Below, piece by piece: positions 1-8,971 of a stretch of DNA of 56,068 bases (position 1 is the stretch's first letter; every line of letters begins with the position of its first letter). This stretch comes from an uncultured Chthonomonadaceae bacterium. Lineage in GTDB: Bacteria > Armatimonadota > Chthonomonadetes > Chthonomonadales > Chthonomonadaceae. The stretch lies in assembly GCA_963835065.1 (NCBI GenBank), contig CAWIEK010000071.1, positions 1-56,068 of the forward strand, given 5' to 3'. The translations under genes and the position numbers were made by a program. A model generated the notes under the pieces. It ran no database searches. It saw only the letters and a program-made list of their open reading frames with translations, and was not told the origin of the DNA.

Positions 1-630
1 ACGTGCAGTTCGACAACGCCCCCCGCTTTCAAGGGCCACATCAGTTTGCCTGAGTGATTGGCACGGTGATGCGTCTGTGCCTGAGTGATTGGCACGGTGA
101 TGCGTCTGTGCCTGAGCCTGCGTGTCACGCCCGTGTTTGCTCCACAACGCGAAACCGGCTTTCAGGCTGCTCTTGAAAGTTACAACAATCGTTGGCAGCA
201 AAAGGTGTGGCCGCGTTTCCACCATGAAAGCCTGCTCGCGCTGCAAGCGCAGTCCGACAAGGTGCTGCGCGCGGCCCGCCAACGCAGGGTGCTGCGCGCG
301 GCCCGCCAACGCAGGGTGCTGCGCCAAGAAAGTGCCCCGTCGCGCCGCGCCTTTCCCGAAGCCGCGCTGCTGGACCTCAAGCAGTTGCGCCAGCAACGTC
401 CGCAGGGCAAGATTATCTATGTGCGGCGCACGGATGCGCAGGGACAAGCCAGCGTGTTCGGCCATACCTTCCTGGTCTCGCCGCCGTGGCTCCAACGCTT
501 GGTGCGCTGTGATGTAGACTTGGATCAAGACGTGATCCGCTTTCATGCCCTGCGGCGCAGTACGCCCGACCAACAACCGCTCTTGCAAGAAGCGGTGTAC
601 CGCTTGCCGAGCAAACACCAAGCGGACTGA
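1..630 (+). pseudogene. Integrase-core (DDE) transposase fragment, 5' truncated by the window and disrupted
   Basis: Reads VQFDNAPRFQGPH..VMRLCLSLRVTPVFAPQRETGFQAALESYNNRWQ, resembling an rve core (D..E). There is an in-frame TGA near 51, a 31-bp tandem duplication (47-116) and a 27-bp duplication (261-324). Confidence 0.6.
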
Positions 631-738
631 CGTAAACGACTGACTTGTATTACCTGAGACACGGCTAAATCAAAGGAAAACTGACTTGCATCAGGTGATA
701 CCTGTCTCCTTATCTCTTATCTCCACGAGGAAACAGCC

Positions 739-1686
739 ATTTCACCCGAAGACCTGGAAAAACTCAATATACGGCTGGCGTCGAAGCAGACGGAAGAGCG
801 GATGCGGGCGGTGGGGCAGTTGGCGCGGATTGCCGACGAGGACGCGCAGAAGTTGCTGCTCAAAGCGCTCAAGGATAAGAGCCATTACGTGGGGGGCATG
901 GCGGCGAAGGCGCTGGCCGAATGTGCCGAAGCGCGGCTGCTGCCGGAATTGCTGGCGCTGTTTGGCTGGTTTTCCGAAGAGGGAATCAAGCGCGATCCGG
1001 GCTGCCATATTCGGGCTAATCTGGCAACGCTGTTCGGCAGGATGGAAGCGCAAGTCGCTTTGGACGCGCTGCGCGTGGGCATTAAAACGCGGCAGACCGA
1101 ACCTGTCGGCGGCGTTCCCACCGATACCGCCGTGCATTTGCGCGCCAACAGCGCCTTAGCCCTGGCGCAGTTACGCCCGCCGGATATTCTGCGCGATTTC
1201 GCCTTATTGCTGTTCGACGAGGGTAAAACGACGTTTACTCCCTCCTCCAATATCAAGTTTGTCACGGCGGAAGCGCGTAAAGCGGCGGCGCAGGCGATTG
1301 CGTACCTTGCCAACCCGCAGGGAATCGTGCCGCTTGCCATCAAGCTCACCTACTTCAACGACGAAGCGCCGGAAGTGCTGCAGGAGTGCCTGCAGGCCGT
1401 CGTGGATTTGGAAGACGAGCGCGGCCTGGAACTGCTCACGCCCTATCTGTCCCACCATGACCAGCATCTCGCCGCCTTCGCCTGCCTGATGATTGCCCGA
1501 ACCCGCGACCCGCAAGCCCCGTTTCTCATCCGCCGCGCCCTCGCGGGCTTGTCCGGCAACCCGCTGGAAGCCGCCCTGCTTGCCCTGTCCACCCTCCGCA
1601 CCGAAGACGCCCAAAAAGTTCTCAAAGAACTCGCTGCCAGTGAGCGCAAGGAGGTGCGGCGGATAGTGAAGGAGTTAGGGTTCTAG
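739..1686 (+). CDS. HEAT-repeat protein
   Basis: ORF 802-1686 has helical repeats (LLLKALKDKSHYVGGMAAKALA; RKAAAQAIA). The frame extends to an ATT at 739 preceded by GAGG, so the start is uncertain. Confidence 0.7.
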   Translation: MSPEDLEKLNIRLASKQTEERMRAVGQLARIADEDAQKLLLKALKDKSHYVGGMAAKALAECAEARLLPELLALFGWFSEEGIKRDPGCHIRANLATLFGRMEAQVALDALRVGIKTRQTEPVGGVPTDTAVHLRANSALALAQLRPPDILRDFALLLFDEGKTTFTPSSNIKFVTAEARKAAAQAIAYLANPQGIVPLAIKLTYFNDEAPEVLQECLQAVVDLEDERGLELLTPYLSHHDQHLAAFACLMIARTRDPQAPFLIRRALAGLSGNPLEAALLALSTLRTEDAQKVLKELAASERKEVRRIVKELGF

Positions 1687-1805
1687 GGTTTTAGGGTTCT
1701 AAGGTTCTATGGTTTTAGGATAATGACTTGTTCTGCATACCTTCTTGAACAACAACTCTCACTGCCAAATCTTCAACCTAAAACCCTAAAAAGAATAAAC
1801 CTTAC

Positions 1806-2669
1806 CTACATGTACCCCGCCACGCCCAGCAGTTCCCGCGTTTCGAGATTTTTGCCTTCGGGGGATTGCAGCAATTGAGTTGTCAGGCCATTCGCGGGTT
1901 TTTCGCCGTAGATCGCGGGTTTTTGCCAGCCGGGGCCGTAGCCCCACAGGAGAAGACGCCGGATCGTGCCGCCGGGCTGCGTGGGCAGGGCGCGATGCCA
2001 CAGGCTGCCGTGACACAAGACCGCGCTGCCCGCTTTCAGTTTCAGCGTCACTTGATCCAGCTTGTCCGCGAAGTCTAAATTGTCCAGGTCGCGCTCGATC
2101 CACTGATGGGAGCCGGGAACCACGCATAGCGGGCCGTTGCGGTCATCTATGTCGTCCAGGTACAGCAGCACGTCTAAGGTTTGCGGGCGGCTGAACCAGG
2201 GCGGAATCGGGTCGGGAACCAGCCGCTGATGAAAGTGCCACTCGGTTTCCTGATTGGGGTTGTCCGGGTAGCAGATACGCCCCGTGAAGCCGCGCGTCTG
2301 CACATACGGCCCGAATACGGCGCGGGCAATGCTGACGGTGGGCGCGAAGTGCAGCAGTTCCAGAAAGGCCGGGTGCTTGTCCATCAAATGCCGGATGAAC
2401 ACGCCGCCGAACGCCTTGCCGCCCCCTTTTTCCAGTTTCTCATCTTTAGCAACCGTTTCATCCAGAGCGGTTCGCAGCCGCTCGACTTCCTCAGCGGGAA
2501 TCAAATCAGGCCGAACCAGATAGCCGTCCCGCGCCAGCCTTGCGATTTCCTCCGTCGTGGCAAGCACGTCAACCGTGCGCGTGGGATTGCCCGCCGCATG
2601 GTCACGAACGCGGTATTGCAGGGTATGATGGCCGGGGATACTGCTTTCATTGTAAGCAATGGTGTTCAT
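1806..2669 (-). CDS. Phytanoyl-CoA dioxygenase (PhyH)-family Fe(II)/2OG oxygenase
   Basis: RDGYLV, YLDDID..NGPLCVVPGSH, AGSAVLCHGSLWHRA and a distal R motif. Confidence 0.85.
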   Translation of the reverse strand: MNTIAYNESSIPGHHTLQYRVRDHAAGNPTRTVDVLATTEEIARLARDGYLVRPDLIPAEEVERLRTALDETVAKDEKLEKGGGKAFGGVFIRHLMDKHPAFLELLHFAPTVSIARAVFGPYVQTRGFTGRICYPDNPNQETEWHFHQRLVPDPIPPWFSRPQTLDVLLYLDDIDDRNGPLCVVPGSHQWIERDLDNLDFADKLDQVTLKLKAGSAVLCHGSLWHRALPTQPGGTIRRLLLWGYGPGWQKPAIYGEKPANGLTTQLLQSPEGKNLETRELLGVAGYM

Positions 2670-2787
2670 GGTTGGCTCCGGGGGTGGGTGTCGGGTGTTG
2701 GGTGTTCGGATGATAGTTTTATCGCGCTAAAGTAAACTTCCGTACTCTTGCATTGCCCAACACCTAACACCCAACACCCAACACCCC

Positions 2788-4899
2788 TTAATTGAACTGT
2801 TCTTCGCACCAGGCCAATACGTCGCCAAAACGGTAGGCTTCCCAAACGCCGAACATGTTGTGCCGGGACAGTTTGGCACGAGTCAGGGCGGGACTGGTCA
2901 GGCCGCAGAGGAAGCGGGCAATTTGGCGCGACTCGCCTAACGCGGTCGGGTGCGCGTCGCGCAGCATGTTTAGAAATTCAATATCTATATTGCCGGGCAG
3001 GGGCGGCAGGGCGTGGGCAAGCGGCAGGGTTTGCGCGCGCTTGGTCAGGCAGTAGGTGCAATGACCGCAAGGTTCCGCCCGCTTTTCACCGAAATAGCCG
3101 ACCAGTTGATTGATCTGGCAGCCGGGATAGGTGATGAGGTTCAGTACATCCTGCAGCCGCTTTACTTCCTGCTGTTCGCGGCGCACAAAGCGCTGCGTCA
3201 GTTCCGCCGCCAGCGCGTTCGTGTCCACATCCGGCTTCAGCAAGGTATAGCGCTGCCGCGCGTCCGAGACGGTGAGTTCCACCAATCCCCGCTCTTCCAG
3301 CACTTCCACCGCGCGCACGATGCGCTTACGCTCCTGCCCCAACGTTTCGGCCATCTCATCGGGGTTCAGGCGATACCACGTTTTTCCCTTTTGCGCATGG
3401 GCAAACATATCGGCTACCAACTTCGCCGGCTCCCCTTTGAACTGCGCCACGATCTCGTTGACGGTCTGCAAAGGTTTCAGCGCGTACCCGGCATAAAACG
3501 GCGTTCCCTGCCGCAACACCCCTTCCAGTTCCAGATACGTCAGCGCCGTCCGCAGCACAAGCGGGCGCAAGTCGTGCCGGTTGGCGAGTTCGTACTGGTT
3601 GACGGAAAATTCGATTGCCGATTGTGGATTTTCGATTGTGGATTTTCGATTTTCGATTGAAGAATGGCTGTCTTCTGTCTTCTCTTCTTCTTTTCTTCTT
3701 TTCTTCTTTTCTGTTCCCTGTTCCCTGTTCCCTGCTCCCTCTTCTCCTGTCTTTTCTTCTCGTATCAACTCTTCCAGCAAAGAGCGAAACGCGCTTTCCG
3801 CCGGGGTGTCGCCGTATGCGAAGTTTTCCAGCGTGGAAACGTCGTCGGGGCAGGCGAAGAGTTCGACGGTGGAGCGCAGGCCGTCGCGTCCCGCGCGCCC
3901 GATCTCCTGACTGTAGCTTTCCAGGCTTTTGGGCAGGTTGTAATGGTAGACGTAGCGCACATTGGCCTTGTCAATGCCCATGCCGAACGCGATAGTCGCC
4001 ACAACGATATGCTGTTCGCCCCCCATCCACCATTCCTGCGCCTGCGTTCGCTCCTCGGACTCCATGCCTGCATGGTAGGCGCGGGCGGCAAAACCGCTTT
4101 GCGTCAGGCGTTCGGCAACCGCTTCGGCGGTTTTTTGCAGCGTGACGTACACAATGGTCGGACCAGGCTTGCGGGACTGGAGGCGCTTGAGCAAGAGGGC
4201 ATCGCGGTCTTCCAAACGGACGGGCGTGGTGGCAAGATTGAGGTTGGGACGATAAAAGCCGGTGACGATGGCGGCTTCGGGCGGGATGGCAAACACTTCG
4301 CATATATCGCGCACAACGGCGGGCGTGGCCGTTGCGGTCAGGGCAAGAACGCGCTGCGCGCCCAGGTCGCGGGCGGCTTCGGCCAGTTTGAGATAATCGG
4401 GCCGGAAATTGTGACCCCATTCCGATATGCAGTGCGCTTCATCAACCGCAAACAGGGCAATGGGCGTTTGACGAATGAGACTGAGGAAACGCTCGTTGTT
4501 GAAGCGTTCGGGAGCCACGTACAGCAGTTTCAGTCTGCCGGAGCGCATGTCCTCCGTGACCTGATGCGTTTCCTGTACGGAAAGCGACGAGTCCAGGCGA
4601 GCGGCGCGGATGCCGTGCCGGTGCAGGAAATCTATCTGGTCTTTCATCAGGGCGATGAGTGGCGACACGACAAGGGTAACGCCGTCGAAGGCCAGGGCAG
4701 GCAGTTGGTAGCACAGGGATTTGCCGCTTCCGGTGGGAAACACGGCAAGCGCCGCGCCCTGCGTTTGCAGCGCGGCGATCACGGCTTCCTGTCCGGGGCG
4801 AAAAGCGTCGAAGCCGAAATGCTGCTGCAGCAATTGCAGTGGCGCGGGAACGTCGTGGCTGACCGTTTTGGGCGTTGTTTTCGTTTGTTTCAGGCTCAT
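2788..4899 (-). CDS. RecQ-family ATP-dependent DNA helicase
   Basis: FGFDAFRPGQ, PTGSGKSLCYQLP, VDEAHCISEWGHNFRPDY, ATIAFGMGIDK, YSQEIGRAGRDG and Zn-binding CGHCTYC. The ATG at 4899 overlaps the upstream stop (ATGA). Confidence 0.93.
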   Translation of the reverse strand: MSLKQTKTTPKTVSHDVPAPLQLLQQHFGFDAFRPGQEAVIAALQTQGAALAVFPTGSGKSLCYQLPALAFDGVTLVVSPLIALMKDQIDFLHRHGIRAARLDSSLSVQETHQVTEDMRSGRLKLLYVAPERFNNERFLSLIRQTPIALFAVDEAHCISEWGHNFRPDYLKLAEAARDLGAQRVLALTATATPAVVRDICEVFAIPPEAAIVTGFYRPNLNLATTPVRLEDRDALLLKRLQSRKPGPTIVYVTLQKTAEAVAERLTQSGFAARAYHAGMESEERTQAQEWWMGGEQHIVVATIAFGMGIDKANVRYVYHYNLPKSLESYSQEIGRAGRDGLRSTVELFACPDDVSTLENFAYGDTPAESAFRSLLEELIREEKTGEEGAGNREQGTEKKKRRKEEEKTEDSHSSIENRKSTIENPQSAIEFSVNQYELANRHDLRPLVLRTALTYLELEGVLRQGTPFYAGYALKPLQTVNEIVAQFKGEPAKLVADMFAHAQKGKTWYRLNPDEMAETLGQERKRIVRAVEVLEERGLVELTVSDARQRYTLLKPDVDTNALAAELTQRFVRREQQEVKRLQDVLNLITYPGCQINQLVGYFGEKRAEPCGHCTYCLTKRAQTLPLAHALPPLPGNIDIEFLNMLRDAHPTALGESRQIARFLCGLTSPALTRAKLSRHNMFGVWEAYRFGDVLAWCEEQFN

Positions 4900-5306
4900 A
4901 GGGGGTCGGGCATAAACGAATCCAGCAGGGTTTGGGCGGAATGGGATTGATGGGCGATCCACCAGGCGGCGTCGGCTTGATGGCGCAGGCGATTAAGCGC
5001 GGCCTGCGTTTGCTGCACCTGCGCATGCGTGACATGGGGCGGCGGAATGGCGGCAAGCGCGTGTTCTTCGGTCATGGCCTCGTTGCCGCGCATGGCCGAC
5101 AGCAGATCATCGGCCTCGATGAGTTTGGAAATCCGAATATCCCCGGCGGCTTGCACATCTGTGGAACTGCCGGTCAGGGGCGGCAGTCCCGCCTCGGCAA
5201 TGGCGCGAATGGCGCGGGGCGTACCGGGCACTTCATTGTCAGCAACTTCAATCCCGCGCGTTTCATCGTAGGGCATGGCATCCTCCAGCGTCGCCGTCAC
5301 GTTCAT
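4896..5306 (-). CDS. Hypothetical protein (LPxLxGS...IR...AxWWI type), translationally coupled to the helicase
   Basis: 136-aa ORF whose stop overlaps the helicase start. Confidence 0.6.
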   Translation of the reverse strand: MNVTATLEDAMPYDETRGIEVADNEVPGTPRAIRAIAEAGLPPLTGSSTDVQAAGDIRISKLIEADDLLSAMRGNEAMTEEHALAAIPPPHVTHAQVQQTQAALNRLRHQADAAWWIAHQSHSAQTLLDSFMPDPL

Positions 5307-5454
5307 TGCTCACGTTCATTGCTATTGTAGGGACGCGACGGCAATTTTCATGTTTGTTTGGTTTGCACAGTATACGCGGCAACAGCCACTTGCGTTCAAT
5401 AAGCCGGCATCCGCGCAACGCGGAGCGTCTTGCAGCGTAAATATGTGGAGCGCT

Positions 5455-5763
5455 TTACTCCTGTTTGCGCAGAAGCTGAACCAGCAGATACCCCATGTAC
5501 AGCACCATTCCGCCGCAAAGTATCATGCCAACCCACCACATTACCGACCAGGGCGACGTGACGATCTGGTTGCCGAATTTGTCCCTGCCAATCACGTCCT
5601 GATGCGTGAAGACCGAGGAAATCAGGTTGTAGCAGCCGCCACAACCGAAAATCATCATAACAATGATAAAGAAGGCCGTTCCGACATCCTGCCCGGACGT
5701 TTTGCGGGCAGGCGAAGCGTTTTGGCGGGCTGCGGGCGTGTCGCGTTTGTAAACTTGAGGCAT
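5455..5763 (-). CDS. Small two-TM membrane protein
   Basis: Two hydrophobic stretches; GGAG upstream of the ATG. Confidence 0.65.
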   Translation of the reverse strand: MPQVYKRDTPAARQNASPARKTSGQDVGTAFFIIVMMIFGCGGCYNLISSVFTHQDVIGRDKFGNQIVTSPWSVMWWVGMILCGGMVLYMGYLLVQLLRKQE

Positions 5764-5816
5764 GATGGTTTCTCCATTGAAATCAGCAGGCGAATTGTCT
5801 TGCTGTCAGAAAGTTG

Positions 5817-6818
5817 CTAGGGTTTGCGAATCAGGAGCGACAGTACAATGTAAATCAGGAACACAAAGATGCTGATAGCGGAGTAGCGCTGCAAGGCTTC
5901 CGACGTGTAATTCATGGCTTCACTGCGGCAGGCATCTACCAGAATGGCGCGGGTAGCGGGGGATAAATCCTGAAATTTGGGATTGTCCGCCCACAAACTG
6001 TCCAGCCCGTGCCGGCATGTGGCCCACGCGAAACACCAGACCGCCAATGCCGCCAGTCCCGACGCATACGGCAAATCCATGCCCGCGAACATCAGGCCGT
6101 AGCAGACCAGCAGGCCCACAAGCGTCGGTCCCCAGGGCCAGCCCAGGTAGTCCATCGCGGCGACCTGCAAGGCTTTGCGCGTTTCTTCATTGGTGGGGTT
6201 GCGGCGCAGGCTTTCGGCGTAATTTTCGACGGCTTCTTTCAAGCGCTTTTGACCGCGCAGGGCGTCTCCCAACAGGCGCAGGGCGCGGGGGTTTTCCGGT
6301 TCCAGGCGCAGGGCGGTGCGGCTGCTGGCTTCGGCTTCCACATACTTTTTCTGGTACACGTACACATACGCCCGCGTCCGGTGCGCAAGCGCGTCTTCGG
6401 CAGCAACAGCCAGCAGGCGCTGCACCGTCGCTTCCGCGTCCGGCAGGAGGTTGTTGCAGACCTGCGCTTCGGTCAGGGTGCTGAGGGTAAACGCGCCGTC
6501 GGGTTCCAGCCGAGCCGCTTCCAGAGCCGCGCTCAGAGCATCTTTCATGCGGCTGGTACGCATGAAGATCACGCTGCGCAGGCGATGCCCCCACTCCTCG
6601 CCGGGGTCAACGGCAACCGCCCGGTTCGCCCATTCGAGCGCGGGCGTGTATTCTTCCAGATTGACGTAAGCGTAGGACAGCATGCACAAAATCTCGCCGT
6701 TTTCCGCGTCAATCGCCAGGGCGTTGTGGAGCAGGGGAATGGCGTCACGATACCGGCCCACGTCGAGGGCGGCCTGCGCGCGTCGTTTCAATTGAAAAAG
6801 GTCGTTTTCGTCGGGCAT
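5817..6818 (-). CDS. TPR protein with C-terminal transmembrane helices
   Basis: Repeated A...LxPE/N TPR helices and a hydrophobic C-terminus. Confidence 0.8.
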   Translation of the reverse strand: MPDENDLFQLKRRAQAALDVGRYRDAIPLLHNALAIDAENGEILCMLSYAYVNLEEYTPALEWANRAVAVDPGEEWGHRLRSVIFMRTSRMKDALSAALEAARLEPDGAFTLSTLTEAQVCNNLLPDAEATVQRLLAVAAEDALAHRTRAYVYVYQKKYVEAEASSRTALRLEPENPRALRLLGDALRGQKRLKEAVENYAESLRRNPTNEETRKALQVAAMDYLGWPWGPTLVGLLVCYGLMFAGMDLPYASGLAALAVWCFAWATCRHGLDSLWADNPKFQDLSPATRAILVDACRSEAMNYTSEALQRYSAISIFVFLIYIVLSLLIRKP

Positions 6819-7190
6819 GGCGGGTTAGGTTTGTAGGGTTTTAGGGTTTTAGGGTGAACATACGGTCGTGATCCATAGATATTGTAAGTGTACCCTGTAG
6901 GGCGCGGCTCCTGAGACGGCAATGCAAAGATATTCTCGCAAACCTGATCGGTTCCCAAAGATACACGTTGTGCCTATAGAAATACGGGTTGCTCCGTGTG
7001 GTATAATAGGCGCATTGTGTTTGTTGACGGCTCCTTTCTGCGCATATCCTTCCTCTTTCCTGGTGATGCCAACGTCCTGCGCCCTTCGCCTGCCACGCGG
7101 TTCCGTCAACTCACAGCCGATTTACGGTCTATTTGCCTGTATGCCTATTTGCGCTTTCGTCTTCCTGCGGTTTCGGGAGAAACATGATTT

Positions 7191-7970
7191 ATGCCAGACA
7201 TCGTTCAAGCCATTGGCGCGGCGAAGCGCCGCCTGCTGCAAATGCACTATGAAAGCAAGGTCGGCCACATCGGCGGCAATCTTTCCTGCCTCGACGCCAT
7301 GATGGTGCTGCACCACAACATTATGCAGCCCGACGACGTGTTCGTGCTGTCCAAAGGCCATGCCGCGGGCGCGCTGTACGTCACGCTCTGGTCTATAGGC
7401 GTTCTGGAAGACGACGATTTGCGCCAGTTCCACAAGGACGACACCAAACTGAGCGGGCATCCCTCGCCCAATCACCTGCCGCATATCCCGTTTGCGACCG
7501 GCAGCCTGGGGCATGGCCTGTCCCTTGCGTCGGGAATCGCGCTAGGCAAGCGTTTGCAGAACCAGCCGGGGCGCGTGTACTGCCTGCTATCCGATGGCGA
7601 ATGGCAGGAAGGCTCCAATTGGGAAGCCCTGATCTTCGCCGCGCACAACAAACTTCCGATTACCCTGATTGTGGACACGAATGGCCTGCAGGGGTTTGGA
7701 ACCACGCGGGAAATCGCCAGTCAGGGTTCGCTTGCCGAGCGGTTCCGCGCTTTCGACGTGCCGGTTGTGCAGGAAGTGGACGGACACGACTGCCGCGCCC
7801 TCACCGCCGCGTTTGCCGACGCGCCCGATGGCTTAAAGGCCGTTGTCGCGCTCACCCGCAAAGGTTCCGGCGTCAGTTTCATGGAAAACCAGATGGAATG
7901 GCACTATTTGCCCATGTCCCCGGAACACTACGCGCAGGCGATACGGGAGGTATGCGGCGATGCGGAATGA
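7191..7970 (+). CDS. Transketolase-like enzyme, N-terminal (ThDP-binding) subunit
   Basis: GHIGGNLS, LSKGHAA, ATGSLGHG and SDGEWQEGSNWEA..N (GDG motif variant). Confidence 0.9.
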   Translation: MPDIVQAIGAAKRRLLQMHYESKVGHIGGNLSCLDAMMVLHHNIMQPDDVFVLSKGHAAGALYVTLWSIGVLEDDDLRQFHKDDTKLSGHPSPNHLPHIPFATGSLGHGLSLASGIALGKRLQNQPGRVYCLLSDGEWQEGSNWEALIFAAHNKLPITLIVDTNGLQGFGTTREIASQGSLAERFRAFDVPVVQEVDGHDCRALTAAFADAPDGLKAVVALTRKGSGVSFMENQMEWHYLPMSPEHYAQAIREVCGDAE

Positions 7971-8868
7971 AGTGAGTAATAGCCTTGTCAAATGCGCCGA
8001 TGATCCGCGCTTCGTGTTTCTCACAGGGGATTTGGGCTATAATGCCCTGGAACCGCTCATGGCCGCCGCCGGTCCGCGCTTCATCAATGCGGGCGTGGCC
8101 GAGCAGAATATGATTTCCGTTGCGGCGGGCATGGCGGCGACAGGCTTGCGTCCCTGGGCGTACAGCATCGCCCCGTTCGTGTATGCGCGTCCCTTCGAGC
8201 AGATACGCAACGATGTCTGCCTGCACGATCTGCCCGTGAAATTGGTCGGCAACGGTGGCGGCTACGGGTATGGCGTCATGGGCGGCACACATCACGCTCT
8301 GGAAGATTACGGCGCGATGCTGTGCCTGCGCAACATGCATGTCTTTGTGCCCGCGTTCGGCGCGGACGTGCCGCCCATTGTGGCGAAACTGCGCGAGTTC
8401 GACCATCCCGCGTACCTGCGCCTGGGACGCGACGAGAAGCCCCAAGACTTTGTTCTTCCTCCCTATGCGCCCTGGCGACGATTATTAACAGGTAACGGCC
8501 CGACGATTGTAGCCGTCGGCCCGCTTGCCGGCAGTTATCTTGACAGTCTTGCCGCGCTTGGGGAGGAACAGCGCCCCTGCTTCTGGGTCGCAACCGAATT
8601 GCCTTTTCTGGCCGACACGCTGCCCCCGCAACTGCTGACGGACATAAAGCGATCCCAACATTTAATTGTCGTTGAGGAACACGTTGCGCAGGGGGGCGCG
8701 GGACAGGGATTGGCGCACCTGCTGCTTTCTATGGGACACGCGCCCGCCCGCTTTACGCATCATTGCGCGGTCGGGTACGTTTCCGGCAGGTACGGTTCGC
8801 AGATTTACCACCGTAAGGAAAGCGGACTTGACCCCGCTGCCATTCTTGCCGCCGTAACCGCCTCGTAA
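7960..8868 (+). CDS. Transketolase-like enzyme, C-terminal subunit
   Basis: LTGDLG, FINAGVAEQNM, RPFEQIRND, THHALED and VEEH..GG; overlaps the upstream gene. Confidence 0.9.
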   Translation: MRNEVSNSLVKCADDPRFVFLTGDLGYNALEPLMAAAGPRFINAGVAEQNMISVAAGMAATGLRPWAYSIAPFVYARPFEQIRNDVCLHDLPVKLVGNGGGYGYGVMGGTHHALEDYGAMLCLRNMHVFVPAFGADVPPIVAKLREFDHPAYLRLGRDEKPQDFVLPPYAPWRRLLTGNGPTIVAVGPLAGSYLDSLAALGEEQRPCFWVATELPFLADTLPPQLLTDIKRSQHLIVVEEHVAQGGAGQGLAHLLLSMGHAPARFTHHCAVGYVSGRYGSQIYHRKESGLDPAAILAAVTAS

Positions 8869-8971
8869 TGCAGGCGCAGACAGCGCGATGGCAGCGCTTG
8901 CTGTGTGGATTTTGCGTCTGTCTGAACGCTAAATGCGCTGTTTACCCTATAAACTTGAGGAAATACGCCCT

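Noticed and set aside
3664..4950. Long antisense ORFs (e.g. 3664-4950, 11539-12501, 28399-29394, 37084-38148, 54990-55781)
   Set aside because: They are shadows of well-supported genes on the opposite strand in GC-rich DNA and show no motifs.
5331..5356. Third ECF promoter (AAAC-N16-CGTC, minus strand) before the 4896-5306 gene
   Set aside because: Only a partial match to the conserved boxes, too short to distinguish from chance.
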